NCBI GenBank assembly: GCA_009919265.1
Contig: RGCF01000005.1
Span: 35,032 to 59,031, forward strand
Length of the DNA stretch: 24,000 bases
Direction: 5' to 3'
Origin: Bacteroidota bacterium
Lineage (GTDB): Bacteria; Bacteroidota; Ignavibacteria; Kapaibacteriales; UBA961
The notes beneath the pieces were generated by a model. That model saw nothing but the letters and a program-made list of their open reading frames with translations, had not been told where the DNA came from and searched no databases. The first letter of the stretch is position 1. Every line of letters begins with the position of its first letter. This document shows, piece after piece, positions 8,532-17,585 of this stretch. The translations under genes and the position numbers were made by a program.

Positions 8532-10077
8532 TCAGCGAATTGCTGCAATAGATGTTGGCACAAATTCATTCCATGCTATAATTGCATCGGTTAATGAAAA
8601 AGGTTCTTTACGTATTCTTTCACGTGAAAAGGAAATGGTGCGCCTTGGTGAATCTGCTACTGATATCAAAAGACTTTCTGATCATGCTATGGAAAGAGGT
8701 TTAAAAGCAATGAATCGCTTTTCAATAATGGCAAAGAAAGCTGATGCTCCAGTCAGAGCGATAGGTACTAGTGCATTAAGAGAAGCAGAAAATAAAGATG
8801 AATTCATCGCTTTAGTTGAAGAAGAATCTCACATTCATATTGAGGTGATATCAGGAATTGAAGAAGCCAGGCTCATCTATGTTGGCGTCTCACATGCATT
8901 ACCTGTCATTACACAGAAAGCTCTTGTTATAGACATCGGTGGAGGAAGTACTGAATCTGCAATTGGGCAGTTTGGGAAGCTCTTACATGTCCATAGTGCG
9001 AAGCTTGGAGCATTAAGACTCACCCAACGTTTTTTTCCGGATGGAATCGTAACAGCCGAAAGAGTCGAAGCATGTAGAATATTTATTAATGGTGAGTTAT
9101 CGTCTTGTATCCATACCATCCAAATGACAGGATTTGAATCAGTTATTGGTTGTAGCGGTACTATCCATGCCATAACGGCTATGATTTATGCCGAAAAACA
9201 AAGAAAGTTACCCGAATCACTAAATGGAATAAGCATTCAAACTGATGATATCCATAGAATCATAAACAAACTCATCAACACCTCATCTACATCAGATCGC
9301 TTATTATTACCAGGAATTGAGTCAAAAAGAGCAGATATCATTGTTGCTGGTTCATTAATATTAGAACATTATCTGAATGCTCTATCTATACAGAAACTTT
9401 TAATCTCAGCTTATGCACTTCGTGAAGGAATAGTATTTGACACAATAGATAAACAAAGAGATATTCATGAGTTCCATCATTTGACAAAATTGAGATATGA
9501 TACAGTGTATTCCCTTTGCGAACTATATAAAGTGCATTTGCCTCATGCAGAACATGTTAAGAAATTAGCATTGCAGATCTTTGATGATACCATACACAAA
9601 CACAATCTAGGTGATGAAGAAAGAGAATTGCTGGAAGCGGCCTCTTTATTGCATGATGTTGGTTATCATATTTCTCCAGAACAACATCATCATCATAGTC
9701 AATATATCATCAGTCATTGTATTATGCCTGGCTTTACAAATGATGAATCAGAGATGATTGCAATGATTGCTCGATATCACAGAAAAAGTCATCCCAAAAA
9801 GAAACATCTAATTTTTAGCACATATACACCTGAGAGACAAAGAAGTATATCCATATTGGCGGGAATCCTTAGAATTGCCGAAGGATTGGATAGAAGACAG
9901 CAGCAATTGATTGAATCATTACATTGCGATGTGCATGATGATGTTATGACAATTACACTCTATAATAAGCTAGATACTCTTATAGATATTGAGATTTGGG
10001 GAGCAGAAAGGCGCATTTCATTATTAGAAGAATGTCTTGGACTAGCAATATCTTTCATGACAAAATCTATATCATAA
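8467..10077 (+). CDS. ppx: Ppx/GppA-family exopolyphosphatase / guanosine pentaphosphate phosphohydrolase with C-terminal HD domain
   Basis: ASKHA-fold phosphate-1 motif (IAAIDVGTNSFHAIIA), VIDIGGGSTE and IGCSGT motifs. C-terminal HD region (LLHDVGYHIS...HHHHSQYII...IARYHRK). The true start may be an internal Met (for example 8506, MIEPNEEHN), because the conserved domain begins at residue ~24. Confidence 0.9.
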   Translation: MMMEKQPFSLQKSMIEPNEEHNQRIAAIDVGTNSFHAIIASVNEKGSLRILSREKEMVRLGESATDIKRLSDHAMERGLKAMNRFSIMAKKADAPVRAIGTSALREAENKDEFIALVEEESHIHIEVISGIEEARLIYVGVSHALPVITQKALVIDIGGGSTESAIGQFGKLLHVHSAKLGALRLTQRFFPDGIVTAERVEACRIFINGELSSCIHTIQMTGFESVIGCSGTIHAITAMIYAEKQRKLPESLNGISIQTDDIHRIINKLINTSSTSDRLLLPGIESKRADIIVAGSLILEHYLNALSIQKLLISAYALREGIVFDTIDKQRDIHEFHHLTKLRYDTVYSLCELYKVHLPHAEHVKKLALQIFDDTIHKHNLGDEERELLEAASLLHDVGYHISPEQHHHHSQYIISHCIMPGFTNDESEMIAMIARYHRKSHPKKKHLIFSTYTPERQRSISILAGILRIAEGLDRRQQQLIESLHCDVHDDVMTITLYNKLDTLIDIEIWGAERRISLLEECLGLAISFMTKSIS

Positions 10078-10139
10078 GATAGTAAGTGAACGATGTATGT
10101 TATGTAAACTCTTAGATTTACATTATTCAATAAAAATCT

Positions 10140-12578
10140 ATGCAGCATAATTTCCACTCATATCGATTCATTCAATTTGCAATATTCAGCCTCTTATTTG
10201 TTCATTGTGCTATCGATCTATATCCGAATACTCAAAAGACAAACAGACCAACCATTGGCCTTGTATTAAGTGGTGGTGGTTTCAGAGGAATGTCACAGAT
10301 TGGGGTTTTAAAAGTTCTCGAACGACATCACATACCTATCGATTTTATTGTTGGTACAAGTATTGGTTCCTATATCGGTGGATTATACGCTTCAGGATAT
10401 AATGCAACTGAAATTGAACAAATTGTACTTTCAGAAGACTGGAATATGATCATGTCACCTGCATCTGAAAACAATCGGCATGATATGTTTATTGACCAGA
10501 AAAATGCAGATGACAGACATATTTTCTCATTGAGACTACGTACTTTTTCTTTTGATGTTCCTCAAGCTGTTTCAAAGGGAATACCATTTCAAGCTCATCT
10601 TCAAAAGTATATATGGAATGCTCCTTATACGGCATCAAATTCATTCGACGATCTTAAAATCCCCTTTAGAGCAATTTCTACAGATTTAATTTCCGGGAAA
10701 TCAATCATCCATAGATCCGGTGACCTACCGTTCATTATAAAAGCAAGCTCTACTATACCATTACGCTATTCACCAGTCGCATATGATTCAATGTTGCTAG
10801 TTGATGGTGGCATTCTTGATAATATCCCCGTACGAGTTTTACGCCAAGAATTTAATCCTGATATCATCATTACCATTAATGCTACTTCTGGCCTTCTTTC
10901 AAAAGATGAATTGCAATCACCTTGGAGTATAGCCGAACAAGTAGTTGGTATCTTACTTAAAGATCAAGAGCAGAAGAGCTTAGAAGAATCACCCATTACG
11001 ATTACACCTGAATTAGGTGAAATCAAGAATACCGACCCCTCACAAATACCAATTTCAATTATCAAAGGAGAAATTGCAGCCTTACAGATGCTTCAAGCAA
11101 TTAATGATACTATTGAAACCCTACAATTTTTACATAACCATACTGATTTTATTGATTCTAACTTCTATACGCATACACTTACTGGAGATATAGCTGAAAT
11201 TCCATCAGGTACATGGCAAAGAATGTCTCAAGTGATAGAAGCACGTATGCGGGTTGAACATATGCATGATACACTTTTAAGAATTCTTCGGGCTGACTCA
11301 ATATCATTTGTCAAATGTAAACCAATCATTGATACTCTACATCAAAAGGTTGAATGGAACATACTGGCTCCAAAACATATAAACTTTTCAATAAATGAAA
11401 CACGGGATCGCAAAAGGGTCCTATCTACCCTATTTACTGACAAGAATTATTTGAATACAATTTCTCATAATCTCCAATGGGATCGTATTGTTTCTGGAAA
11501 TGAGTATGAATCAGTTGACATCAAAACCCGCTTAGAAAAGGATACACTTGCGTTTGATGTATTTGTACATGAAAAAGCTCCTCAATATTTAGGAATTGGT
11601 GCTAGAGTTGATAATGAGAGATATGGTCAACTACTCATAGATGGCTATGATAAAGATATATTTGGCAGTGGTTTGTGGTCATCATTATCCGTATTTGGCG
11701 GTTCAAGAAATAGGTCAGGAATGTTTTCAATTGGATTAAACGGAATATTTGAATCAAGTTGGGGCTTAACAATGCATGCCTATTCCAATTTCAAACAAAT
11801 GTTTATGTATCAGCATAATCTAGCCTTTTCAAAGGAAACGTATGAAATCAGAAGAAATGGAGAATTGAAAGAAGATAGATATGGATATATGGCAGATCTA
11901 ACCCGCTCATTAGGAAAATCTGGGATTTTACAGTCGAGATTGCGTTTTGAGAATCAAAGGATTTTCTCAATCAACAATGATAGTACACCAACATATACTC
12001 CAATATTTACATGGAAGCTTTCAAGTAAAATCGACACAAGAGACGATGCAGATCTCCCCCGTTTTGGATCATTACTTGATCTTTCTCTAGAAACAAGCAT
12101 TTCAATTGTACAAGATCAGATCCCTTTCTCTCGAATAACTGCGTCATATGCTCAATCCTTAACAGCTAATCACATAACTGTAACACCCAAGTTTACTGCT
12201 GTCTTCTCAGATAATACAACACCAAATCCGGAGTATATATCACTAGGACGTGATGATCTTTTTTTTGGCAAAAGAGAAGATGATCAAAGAGGATCACAAC
12301 TACTATTGTCATCTTGTGAATTGCGTTGGGCAACCCCGGTTACTATACTTGTACCTATTCATGTATCTGCCAGATATGACATCGGTTCAACTTGGACTTC
12401 ATTCAATGGAATCTCCATTGCTAATCTTCAACATGGGATTGGTTGCACATTATCTGCCAAAACCCCAATTGGCACTGCCCGTATCTCTGCTGGAAAATCT
12501 TTCTATTTTGTAGCTTCCCCTGATGGGATTGTACAGGGTCCCCTCCTATTTTCCTTCTCAATTGGATCTCGTTTCTGA
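10140..12578 (+). CDS. Patatin-like phospholipase fused to an Omp85/BamA-like beta-barrel (PlpD/type Vd-like architecture)
   Basis: N-terminal signal-like segment. Patatin oxyanion motif GLVLSGGGFRG, nucleophile elbow GTSIG (GxSxG), and the catalytic Asp in LLVDGGILDN. The C-terminal ~300 aa has alternating beta-strand character and ends in FSFSIGSRF, a terminal aromatic typical of Omp85-type barrels. Confidence 0.85.
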   Translation: MQHNFHSYRFIQFAIFSLLFVHCAIDLYPNTQKTNRPTIGLVLSGGGFRGMSQIGVLKVLERHHIPIDFIVGTSIGSYIGGLYASGYNATEIEQIVLSEDWNMIMSPASENNRHDMFIDQKNADDRHIFSLRLRTFSFDVPQAVSKGIPFQAHLQKYIWNAPYTASNSFDDLKIPFRAISTDLISGKSIIHRSGDLPFIIKASSTIPLRYSPVAYDSMLLVDGGILDNIPVRVLRQEFNPDIIITINATSGLLSKDELQSPWSIAEQVVGILLKDQEQKSLEESPITITPELGEIKNTDPSQIPISIIKGEIAALQMLQAINDTIETLQFLHNHTDFIDSNFYTHTLTGDIAEIPSGTWQRMSQVIEARMRVEHMHDTLLRILRADSISFVKCKPIIDTLHQKVEWNILAPKHINFSINETRDRKRVLSTLFTDKNYLNTISHNLQWDRIVSGNEYESVDIKTRLEKDTLAFDVFVHEKAPQYLGIGARVDNERYGQLLIDGYDKDIFGSGLWSSLSVFGGSRNRSGMFSIGLNGIFESSWGLTMHAYSNFKQMFMYQHNLAFSKETYEIRRNGELKEDRYGYMADLTRSLGKSGILQSRLRFENQRIFSINNDSTPTYTPIFTWKLSSKIDTRDDADLPRFGSLLDLSLETSISIVQDQIPFSRITASYAQSLTANHITVTPKFTAVFSDNTTPNPEYISLGRDDLFFGKREDDQRGSQLLLSSCELRWATPVTILVPIHVSARYDIGSTWTSFNGISIANLQHGIGCTLSAKTPIGTARISAGKSFYFVASPDGIVQGPLLFSFSIGSRF

Positions 12579-12655
12579 TAAATCCTTTCCCATCCTGACA
12601 AATTTTCTTATATTTCTGTCATTATGCCCTATGTAACACGATTTACTAAAAAAAC

Positions 12656-13285
12656 ATGAAAAAGAATGCTCTTCTGAGTGATATACTCATAGTATTGGCT
12701 GTCTCAACTGTTTTAGCACTATGGTTCAATGGCTTAAGCAATCCAAAAGGTATTTCTTTGATAAGAGAGCAACAAGTAGTAGAAACAGCCTCAGATGCTG
12801 AATTTGATGAATTAAATGATACGACACCATCAATGCCAAGTGCTTCAACTATGGCACCTCTTGATACATTACCTGCTAAAAAAGATACTACAAAAACACC
12901 TCCCGTGATGGATAATACAAAAGACAAAGTCCAAACTGCCACGAATGAAGAGTCAGGTCCGGTAAAACCTAAAGCTGTTTCATATGCTCAAGTAAAAAAA
13001 CTTTTAGCAGATCCATCAGTCATGGTGATTGATGCAAGGAATGAACATGAATTTGCTGAAGGACATCTTCCAAGAGCACGCAATATTTTTGCAATGGAAT
13101 TTGAGCAATATATTCCTGAACTCATAGGTATGAATAAAGACATTCGCATCATTGTGTATTGCGGTGGTGGTCAATGTGAATTGAGTCATGAAGTTAGTAA
13201 TAACTTGATAGGACTTGGCTTTAAAAAAGTATATATCTATCTAGGTGGCTGGGATGATTGGAAGAAAAATGGCATGGGGAAATAA
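12656..13285 (+). CDS. Membrane-anchored rhodanese-domain protein
   Basis: N-terminal KK plus TM helix (LLSDILIVLAVSTVLALWF), then a low-complexity Thr/Pro/Asp linker. The C-terminal rhodanese domain reads VMVIDARNEHEFAEGHLPRARNI...IIVYCGGGQCELSHEVSNNLIGLGFKKVYIYLGGWDDWKK, with Cys in the active-site loop position. Confidence 0.8.
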   Translation: MKKNALLSDILIVLAVSTVLALWFNGLSNPKGISLIREQQVVETASDAEFDELNDTTPSMPSASTMAPLDTLPAKKDTTKTPPVMDNTKDKVQTATNEESGPVKPKAVSYAQVKKLLADPSVMVIDARNEHEFAEGHLPRARNIFAMEFEQYIPELIGMNKDIRIIVYCGGGQCELSHEVSNNLIGLGFKKVYIYLGGWDDWKKNGMGK

Positions 13286-13287
13286 GA

Positions 13288-14523
13288 ATGGTTCATGATG
13301 TTCTTGATGATAAGACAATGGACTTTCTGCGTGATAGATTTGGCATTATTGGTGAATCTGACATCATGCGGGACATTATGTTGCAATTACTCAAAGTTTC
13401 CCCTACCAATCTCACTGTTTTAATTACCGGTGAAACAGGAACTGGAAAAGAAGTATTTGCTCATGCAATGCATGGACTGAGCGAGAGATCCACACAACCT
13501 TTTATAAGCGTTAACTGCGGAGCTATTCCAGAGACATTACTTGAGTCAGAACTGTTTGGTCATGAGAAAGGTGCTTTTACAGGTGCTGTTGAACAAAGGA
13601 AAGGTTTTTTCGAGGTAGCTCACAAAGGGACAATATTCCTTGATGAAATCGGAGAAATGCCAATAGCTACACAGGTCAAATTATTGCGCATACTAGAATC
13701 CGGAGAGTTTTCAAGGATTGGTTCTTCAGAAATTAGAAAAGTAAATGTAAGAGTGATCACAGCTACAAATCGCGATTTGGAATATGAAGTACGAAATGGG
13801 CGTTTCAGACAAGACTTATATTTTCGACTTAATTCATTTCAACTACGATTACCTCCATTAAGAAAACACCCTGAAGATATTCCTGTTCTTGCTGAATATT
13901 ATGCATCAAGAATTGCCAAAAAGAACAAATTCTCTTATAAAGGATTTACCGATGATGCTTTTGAGTATTTAACATCATTATCATGGCCAGGAAATATACG
14001 AGAATTACGAAATGTTGTTGAAACAGTTTCCACACTGGATCATGGAAAACAAATAACACAATCAATGTTATCACAACAGATACAGGATCATGGTGGAAAT
14101 CAAGGTACAATACCAACTGATCAGGCGATTGTTGTTTCTACACATGGGTATCAAAGAAACTCGCAATTACCACAAGAATCGGATATTGTCTTTAGAACAT
14201 TACTTGAGATGAAAAATGAATTGATTGAAATCAAAAGAGCAATGGCGGCAATATTTGAAAAAACTGCGCAACTTGAAATGCAAGCACAAAGAGCTGCAGA
14301 ACAATCAATTACTGAATTCCCTGTTATTACAAATCATTCACTTCCATTTCCGGATGAATATTCATCTGATGCACAGTTCAATCTTGAAGAAATGGAAAAG
14401 CAACTTATACAATCTGCTTTAACTAAATATGCAGGTAATAGGCGAATGGCTGCGAAAATACTTGGCATAAGCGAGAGAACCCTTTATAGAAAAATAACTG
14501 ATTATCAACTTTCAGAACAATAA
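13288..14523 (+). CDS. Sigma-54-dependent transcriptional activator lacking an N-terminal sensory/receiver domain (PspF-like architecture)
   Basis: AAA+ sigma-54 interaction domain begins ~20 aa from the N-terminus. It has Walker A GETGTGKE, GAFTGA (EKGAFTGAVEQ), Walker B FLDEIGE and WPGNIRELRN, followed by a ~100-aa linker with a coiled-coil-like stretch and a C-terminal HTH (NRRMAAKILGISERTLYRKI). I prefer the ATG at 13288 (GGGGA 7 nt upstream, 2 nt after the rhodanese stop) over the track's 13258 start, which overlaps the rhodanese gene. Confidence 0.9.
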   Translation: MVHDVLDDKTMDFLRDRFGIIGESDIMRDIMLQLLKVSPTNLTVLITGETGTGKEVFAHAMHGLSERSTQPFISVNCGAIPETLLESELFGHEKGAFTGAVEQRKGFFEVAHKGTIFLDEIGEMPIATQVKLLRILESGEFSRIGSSEIRKVNVRVITATNRDLEYEVRNGRFRQDLYFRLNSFQLRLPPLRKHPEDIPVLAEYYASRIAKKNKFSYKGFTDDAFEYLTSLSWPGNIRELRNVVETVSTLDHGKQITQSMLSQQIQDHGGNQGTIPTDQAIVVSTHGYQRNSQLPQESDIVFRTLLEMKNELIEIKRAMAAIFEKTAQLEMQAQRAAEQSITEFPVITNHSLPFPDEYSSDAQFNLEEMEKQLIQSALTKYAGNRRMAAKILGISERTLYRKITDYQLSEQ

Positions 14524-14673
14524 TCAATAACTCATACATTTTGAAAATAGAATCGTAAATGCTATATCATGGATAACAGTGTTTATTTTCCTTCATACTG
14601 TTTTCTAAAGAAAGTACATAGAAATACTATTTCCTTTTAATTATTCAATAGACCTCTTTCTAGCGGAGCTGAA

Positions 14674-15969
14674 ATGAGTACAGGTTTTTCACTTGAAGAA
14701 ATAGCTCTTAAAATCCAACAAGCAAAAGAATTTGTTGGGAGGAGAGTGATAAATCGAGAAGAAGTGATTGAACAAGCATTTTGCGCTTTTCTTACCGGGG
14801 AACATTTATTGTTGCAAAGTAGGACGGGTGCAGGTAAATCACTACTTGCTGAACAATTATTCGCATGTTTTGAACATGCTTCATTGTTTAGAGTTCAGGC
14901 AAGTAAAGAACAACAACCTGATACTTATTTTGGCGGATTAAGAATTGAATCATTAAAAGAAGGTATCATTGAACATAATACAAAAGGCTCACTTGTTGAA
15001 TCACATTTTGCCTTCATTGATGAGATTTTTGACGCAAATGATTTTACATTAAGAGCATTACTATCACTTCTGAATGAAAGAAAAATGATACGCGGAACAC
15101 AAATGGTATCATCACCTCTTCATACTGTCATTGCTGCTACAAATTATCTTCGAATTAGCGAAGTAACAGAAGCTATTTTAGACCGCTTTCTCTTTAAGTC
15201 TATCGTATTGCCAGACAAAGACCCATTAATTCAATTTAAAATTGGTGTTCAATATTCTCAACATTCGAATAAGATCATCAAACCTCCAGTCACTATTCAT
15301 TATGACGAACTACTTCGTTTAAAAAAATTAATTACTGCTGAGGATATATCACATGAATTTAAAATCTCTGCAGAAATGCTGTATTTCACAAACTTGGTAG
15401 TTCGACATTATGAATATTCACGTAATCGATCATTAAGAGAAACACATAAAGGACACACATCTGCAGAATACAATGACTTTTATATATCACCAAGAACTCA
15501 AGCGAAATCATTGGATCTGCTTCGCGCACTTACTTTTCTTGATGGTCGCACATTGGCAGAAGCAGAAGATATAAAGAAATTATCATTGATCTATTGCACG
15601 GGTGGTTTACCAGAAGAAAAACATTTATTTGATAAAAGCTTTACAACTATTTATAATTCACTTACTTCTTCAAATGGATTTGAGCAGATACGCTCACTCA
15701 TAGCATATGAAGAAGTACTTGAGCAAATAGAGGAGGATCCATCATTTCTTAAACAACCATTAGAAAAATCACTTTCCCATACTCCACTTAGAAGAACGCT
15801 TTTAGAATGGATACAAGACACATTAAACATCGATCACACAGTCATGCACAATAAGAAGGTATTAGAAGCCTTTTTAAAAAATATGATCCCTTCATGTGAC
15901 GAAGTTCGTGAATTGCGCCAAGCTCTTGAAAAAGAGACAATAAGAGTGTTTCAACATATTGAGAATTAA
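14674..15969 (+). CDS. MoxR-class AAA+ ATPase, RavA-like
   Basis: GGAG 5 nt upstream of the ATG. P-loop SRTGAGKS, Walker B FAFIDEIFDAN, sensor-1 VIAATNY and Arg-finger region AILDRF. The layout parallels E. coli RavA (P-loop...FR.....P....G......EG..E....G.....F.F.DEI........LL....ER......). Sensor-2/lid reads YISPRTQAKSLDLLRALTFLDGR, followed by a ~150-aa helical C-terminal extension. Confidence 0.85.
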   Translation: MSTGFSLEEIALKIQQAKEFVGRRVINREEVIEQAFCAFLTGEHLLLQSRTGAGKSLLAEQLFACFEHASLFRVQASKEQQPDTYFGGLRIESLKEGIIEHNTKGSLVESHFAFIDEIFDANDFTLRALLSLLNERKMIRGTQMVSSPLHTVIAATNYLRISEVTEAILDRFLFKSIVLPDKDPLIQFKIGVQYSQHSNKIIKPPVTIHYDELLRLKKLITAEDISHEFKISAEMLYFTNLVVRHYEYSRNRSLRETHKGHTSAEYNDFYISPRTQAKSLDLLRALTFLDGRTLAEAEDIKKLSLIYCTGGLPEEKHLFDKSFTTIYNSLTSSNGFEQIRSLIAYEEVLEQIEEDPSFLKQPLEKSLSHTPLRRTLLEWIQDTLNIDHTVMHNKKVLEAFLKNMIPSCDEVRELRQALEKETIRVFQHIEN

Positions 15970-15972
15970 TTC

Positions 15973-17541
15973 ATGGAATTATCTCAAAGGACCATATTGC
16001 GGAGCTCCCCTTTCTTTGCCCGTATGGTAGAATATGGTTTTTTGGACAATGCACTTCATTCTCTACCTGACGATTTCACATTAGTTTATGAAATAGCAAG
16101 AGTTTTAGAGGATCTCACTAACCCACTAACACATGTTCTAAGTCCAGTATTATGGCTCTCAGAACCTGATATTGAATCGAAAACAGCACCAAAAAATATC
16201 ATTCCTCATCTTCCAGCGACTGAAGAGTATGAAGCTCATCTAATTCGAAGTTATACCGATATTAACAGAATTTACCCTCATCAATATTTACTGCCTGATG
16301 AAGTATTCATGCAGAGATTGGTCGAACGTTCCCTTTTAATGCCCTTACCAAAGGCTCCAAATAATAAACGATATCAATCAGATAGTACAGAATATGCACC
16401 AGATTCACGGAAACAAAAAGTATATGTACTGTTTGATACTTCACAATCAATGCAAGAATCATATAGAATTCATCTTGCGAAGTCAATTGCTTATTTCTTT
16501 TTGAAAAACAATCAAACAGAAATGGGTACTATCTTTTTTAGAACATTCGATGCTGATATAGGAAAGTTACATATCGTTCAGAATAAAACGGAATTTGATT
16601 CCTTAATAACTGAAGTTATGTGCATGCCGGCTGAAGGCCGTGGAACAATCTTAGAAAAAGCATTATTGACCGCTATTCAAGATATTCGCATTGATAGTTT
16701 TATGTCAGAAGCTGAGATACTTGTTATAACTGATGGAGCCGCTCATATTGATATTACTAAAGTTCGCAATGCTTTAGGTGATAATATTCGCATACATTGT
16801 GTAAAGATAGGCGATGCCAATATCAAGCCGGATCCCAAAGTGATAATGAATACAATTCATTCAAGTGAATCCGAGGATGCTAAGATTATTCGAGATATTC
16901 AACACAAAATCAAAGATTTAGAAGCAACTACAAGAGCAACACAAACTGAAAGCAGAAAAGGGGCATTACATAGTGAGATCACTTATCTCAACAAACAATT
17001 GAATGAGAGACTTCAACGCTATGCTCAAAGAGCCATGAGCAATTATGGAAATGAGATTATTGAATTATCTACAGTTTTTGTAAATGTATCAGATATTGAC
17101 CCTACCATACTATTTGCACTTCCTGTTGATAGATTACAAGAACTAATTGAATTATCAAAAGAGATACTCGTTTTATTGAAAGAAGATCCTTCAGCGGAAG
17201 ATGCAAAACTAGCTGCTGTTCTCTATGATCATTTAGAAACAGTATTGAAATTCAATAATATAAATATTGAATCCTTATCTCAATACAAACATGAACTAGG
17301 AACTATATTAACCGAGTTGGTTCAACAACAATCATCAAAAGAGATGCAATTGCAATTATCGGATACAGATCAATTGCATTTATCCCGTATCTTACGATCA
17401 GGTTTGAAAACTGCAGCAAGAATTCCAATTGCTAAACTATTTATTATCTTTTATCGAATCATTAAAAAGAGAATGATTTCTCTTCTTAAAGCAAGAAAGA
17501 TTGCTCGAATAAAGAAATTACGAAGACGTACAAATAAATAG
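15973..17541 (+). CDS. von Willebrand factor A (VWA) domain protein, ViaA-like partner of the MoxR ATPase
   Basis: It starts 3 nt after the ATPase stop. The MIDAS is complete: D155-T-S-Q-S159 (VYVLFDTSQSM), a Thr in GRGTIL, and an Asp in ILVITDGAAH. A coiled-coil-like segment spans residues ~296-365. The C-terminal tail is very basic and amphipathic (IAKLFIIFYRIIKKRMISLLKARKIARIKKLRRRTNK). Confidence 0.8.
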   Translation: MELSQRTILRSSPFFARMVEYGFLDNALHSLPDDFTLVYEIARVLEDLTNPLTHVLSPVLWLSEPDIESKTAPKNIIPHLPATEEYEAHLIRSYTDINRIYPHQYLLPDEVFMQRLVERSLLMPLPKAPNNKRYQSDSTEYAPDSRKQKVYVLFDTSQSMQESYRIHLAKSIAYFFLKNNQTEMGTIFFRTFDADIGKLHIVQNKTEFDSLITEVMCMPAEGRGTILEKALLTAIQDIRIDSFMSEAEILVITDGAAHIDITKVRNALGDNIRIHCVKIGDANIKPDPKVIMNTIHSSESEDAKIIRDIQHKIKDLEATTRATQTESRKGALHSEITYLNKQLNERLQRYAQRAMSNYGNEIIELSTVFVNVSDIDPTILFALPVDRLQELIELSKEILVLLKEDPSAEDAKLAAVLYDHLETVLKFNNINIESLSQYKHELGTILTELVQQQSSKEMQLQLSDTDQLHLSRILRSGLKTAARIPIAKLFIIFYRIIKKRMISLLKARKIARIKKLRRRTNK

Positions 17542-17585
17542 ATAACAAATATTTTACATCAATAGAGCTCTTCAGGATTATAAGA

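Noticed and set aside
10102-10123. Hairpin ATGTAAA-N8-TTTACAT after ppx, considered as a possible terminator.
   Set aside because: The stem is 7 bp with a single G:C pair, it has an 8-nt loop and no following T-run. That is too weak to call, and it may simply be AT-rich intergenic sequence overlapping a near-match -7 box (TAGATTTA).
12470-12486. Plus-strand TGGCAC near the 3' end of the patatin gene, ~180 nt upstream of the rhodanese gene.
   Set aside because: No GC or TTGC sits at the required N10 spacing (the sequence is TGGCAC-TGCCC-GTATC). It is inside a CDS, so it is probably a chance -24 half-site.
14674-17541. MoxR-VWA pair as an anti-phage or NTP-dependent conflict system (MoxR-vWA-VMAP type).
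   Set aside because: There is no third VMAP-like gene and no effector domain (nuclease, protease, TIR, pore-former). There are no mobile-element or defence-island neighbours, and the flanking genes are housekeeping or stress genes. The idea is kept only as a low-probability alternative within the main finding.
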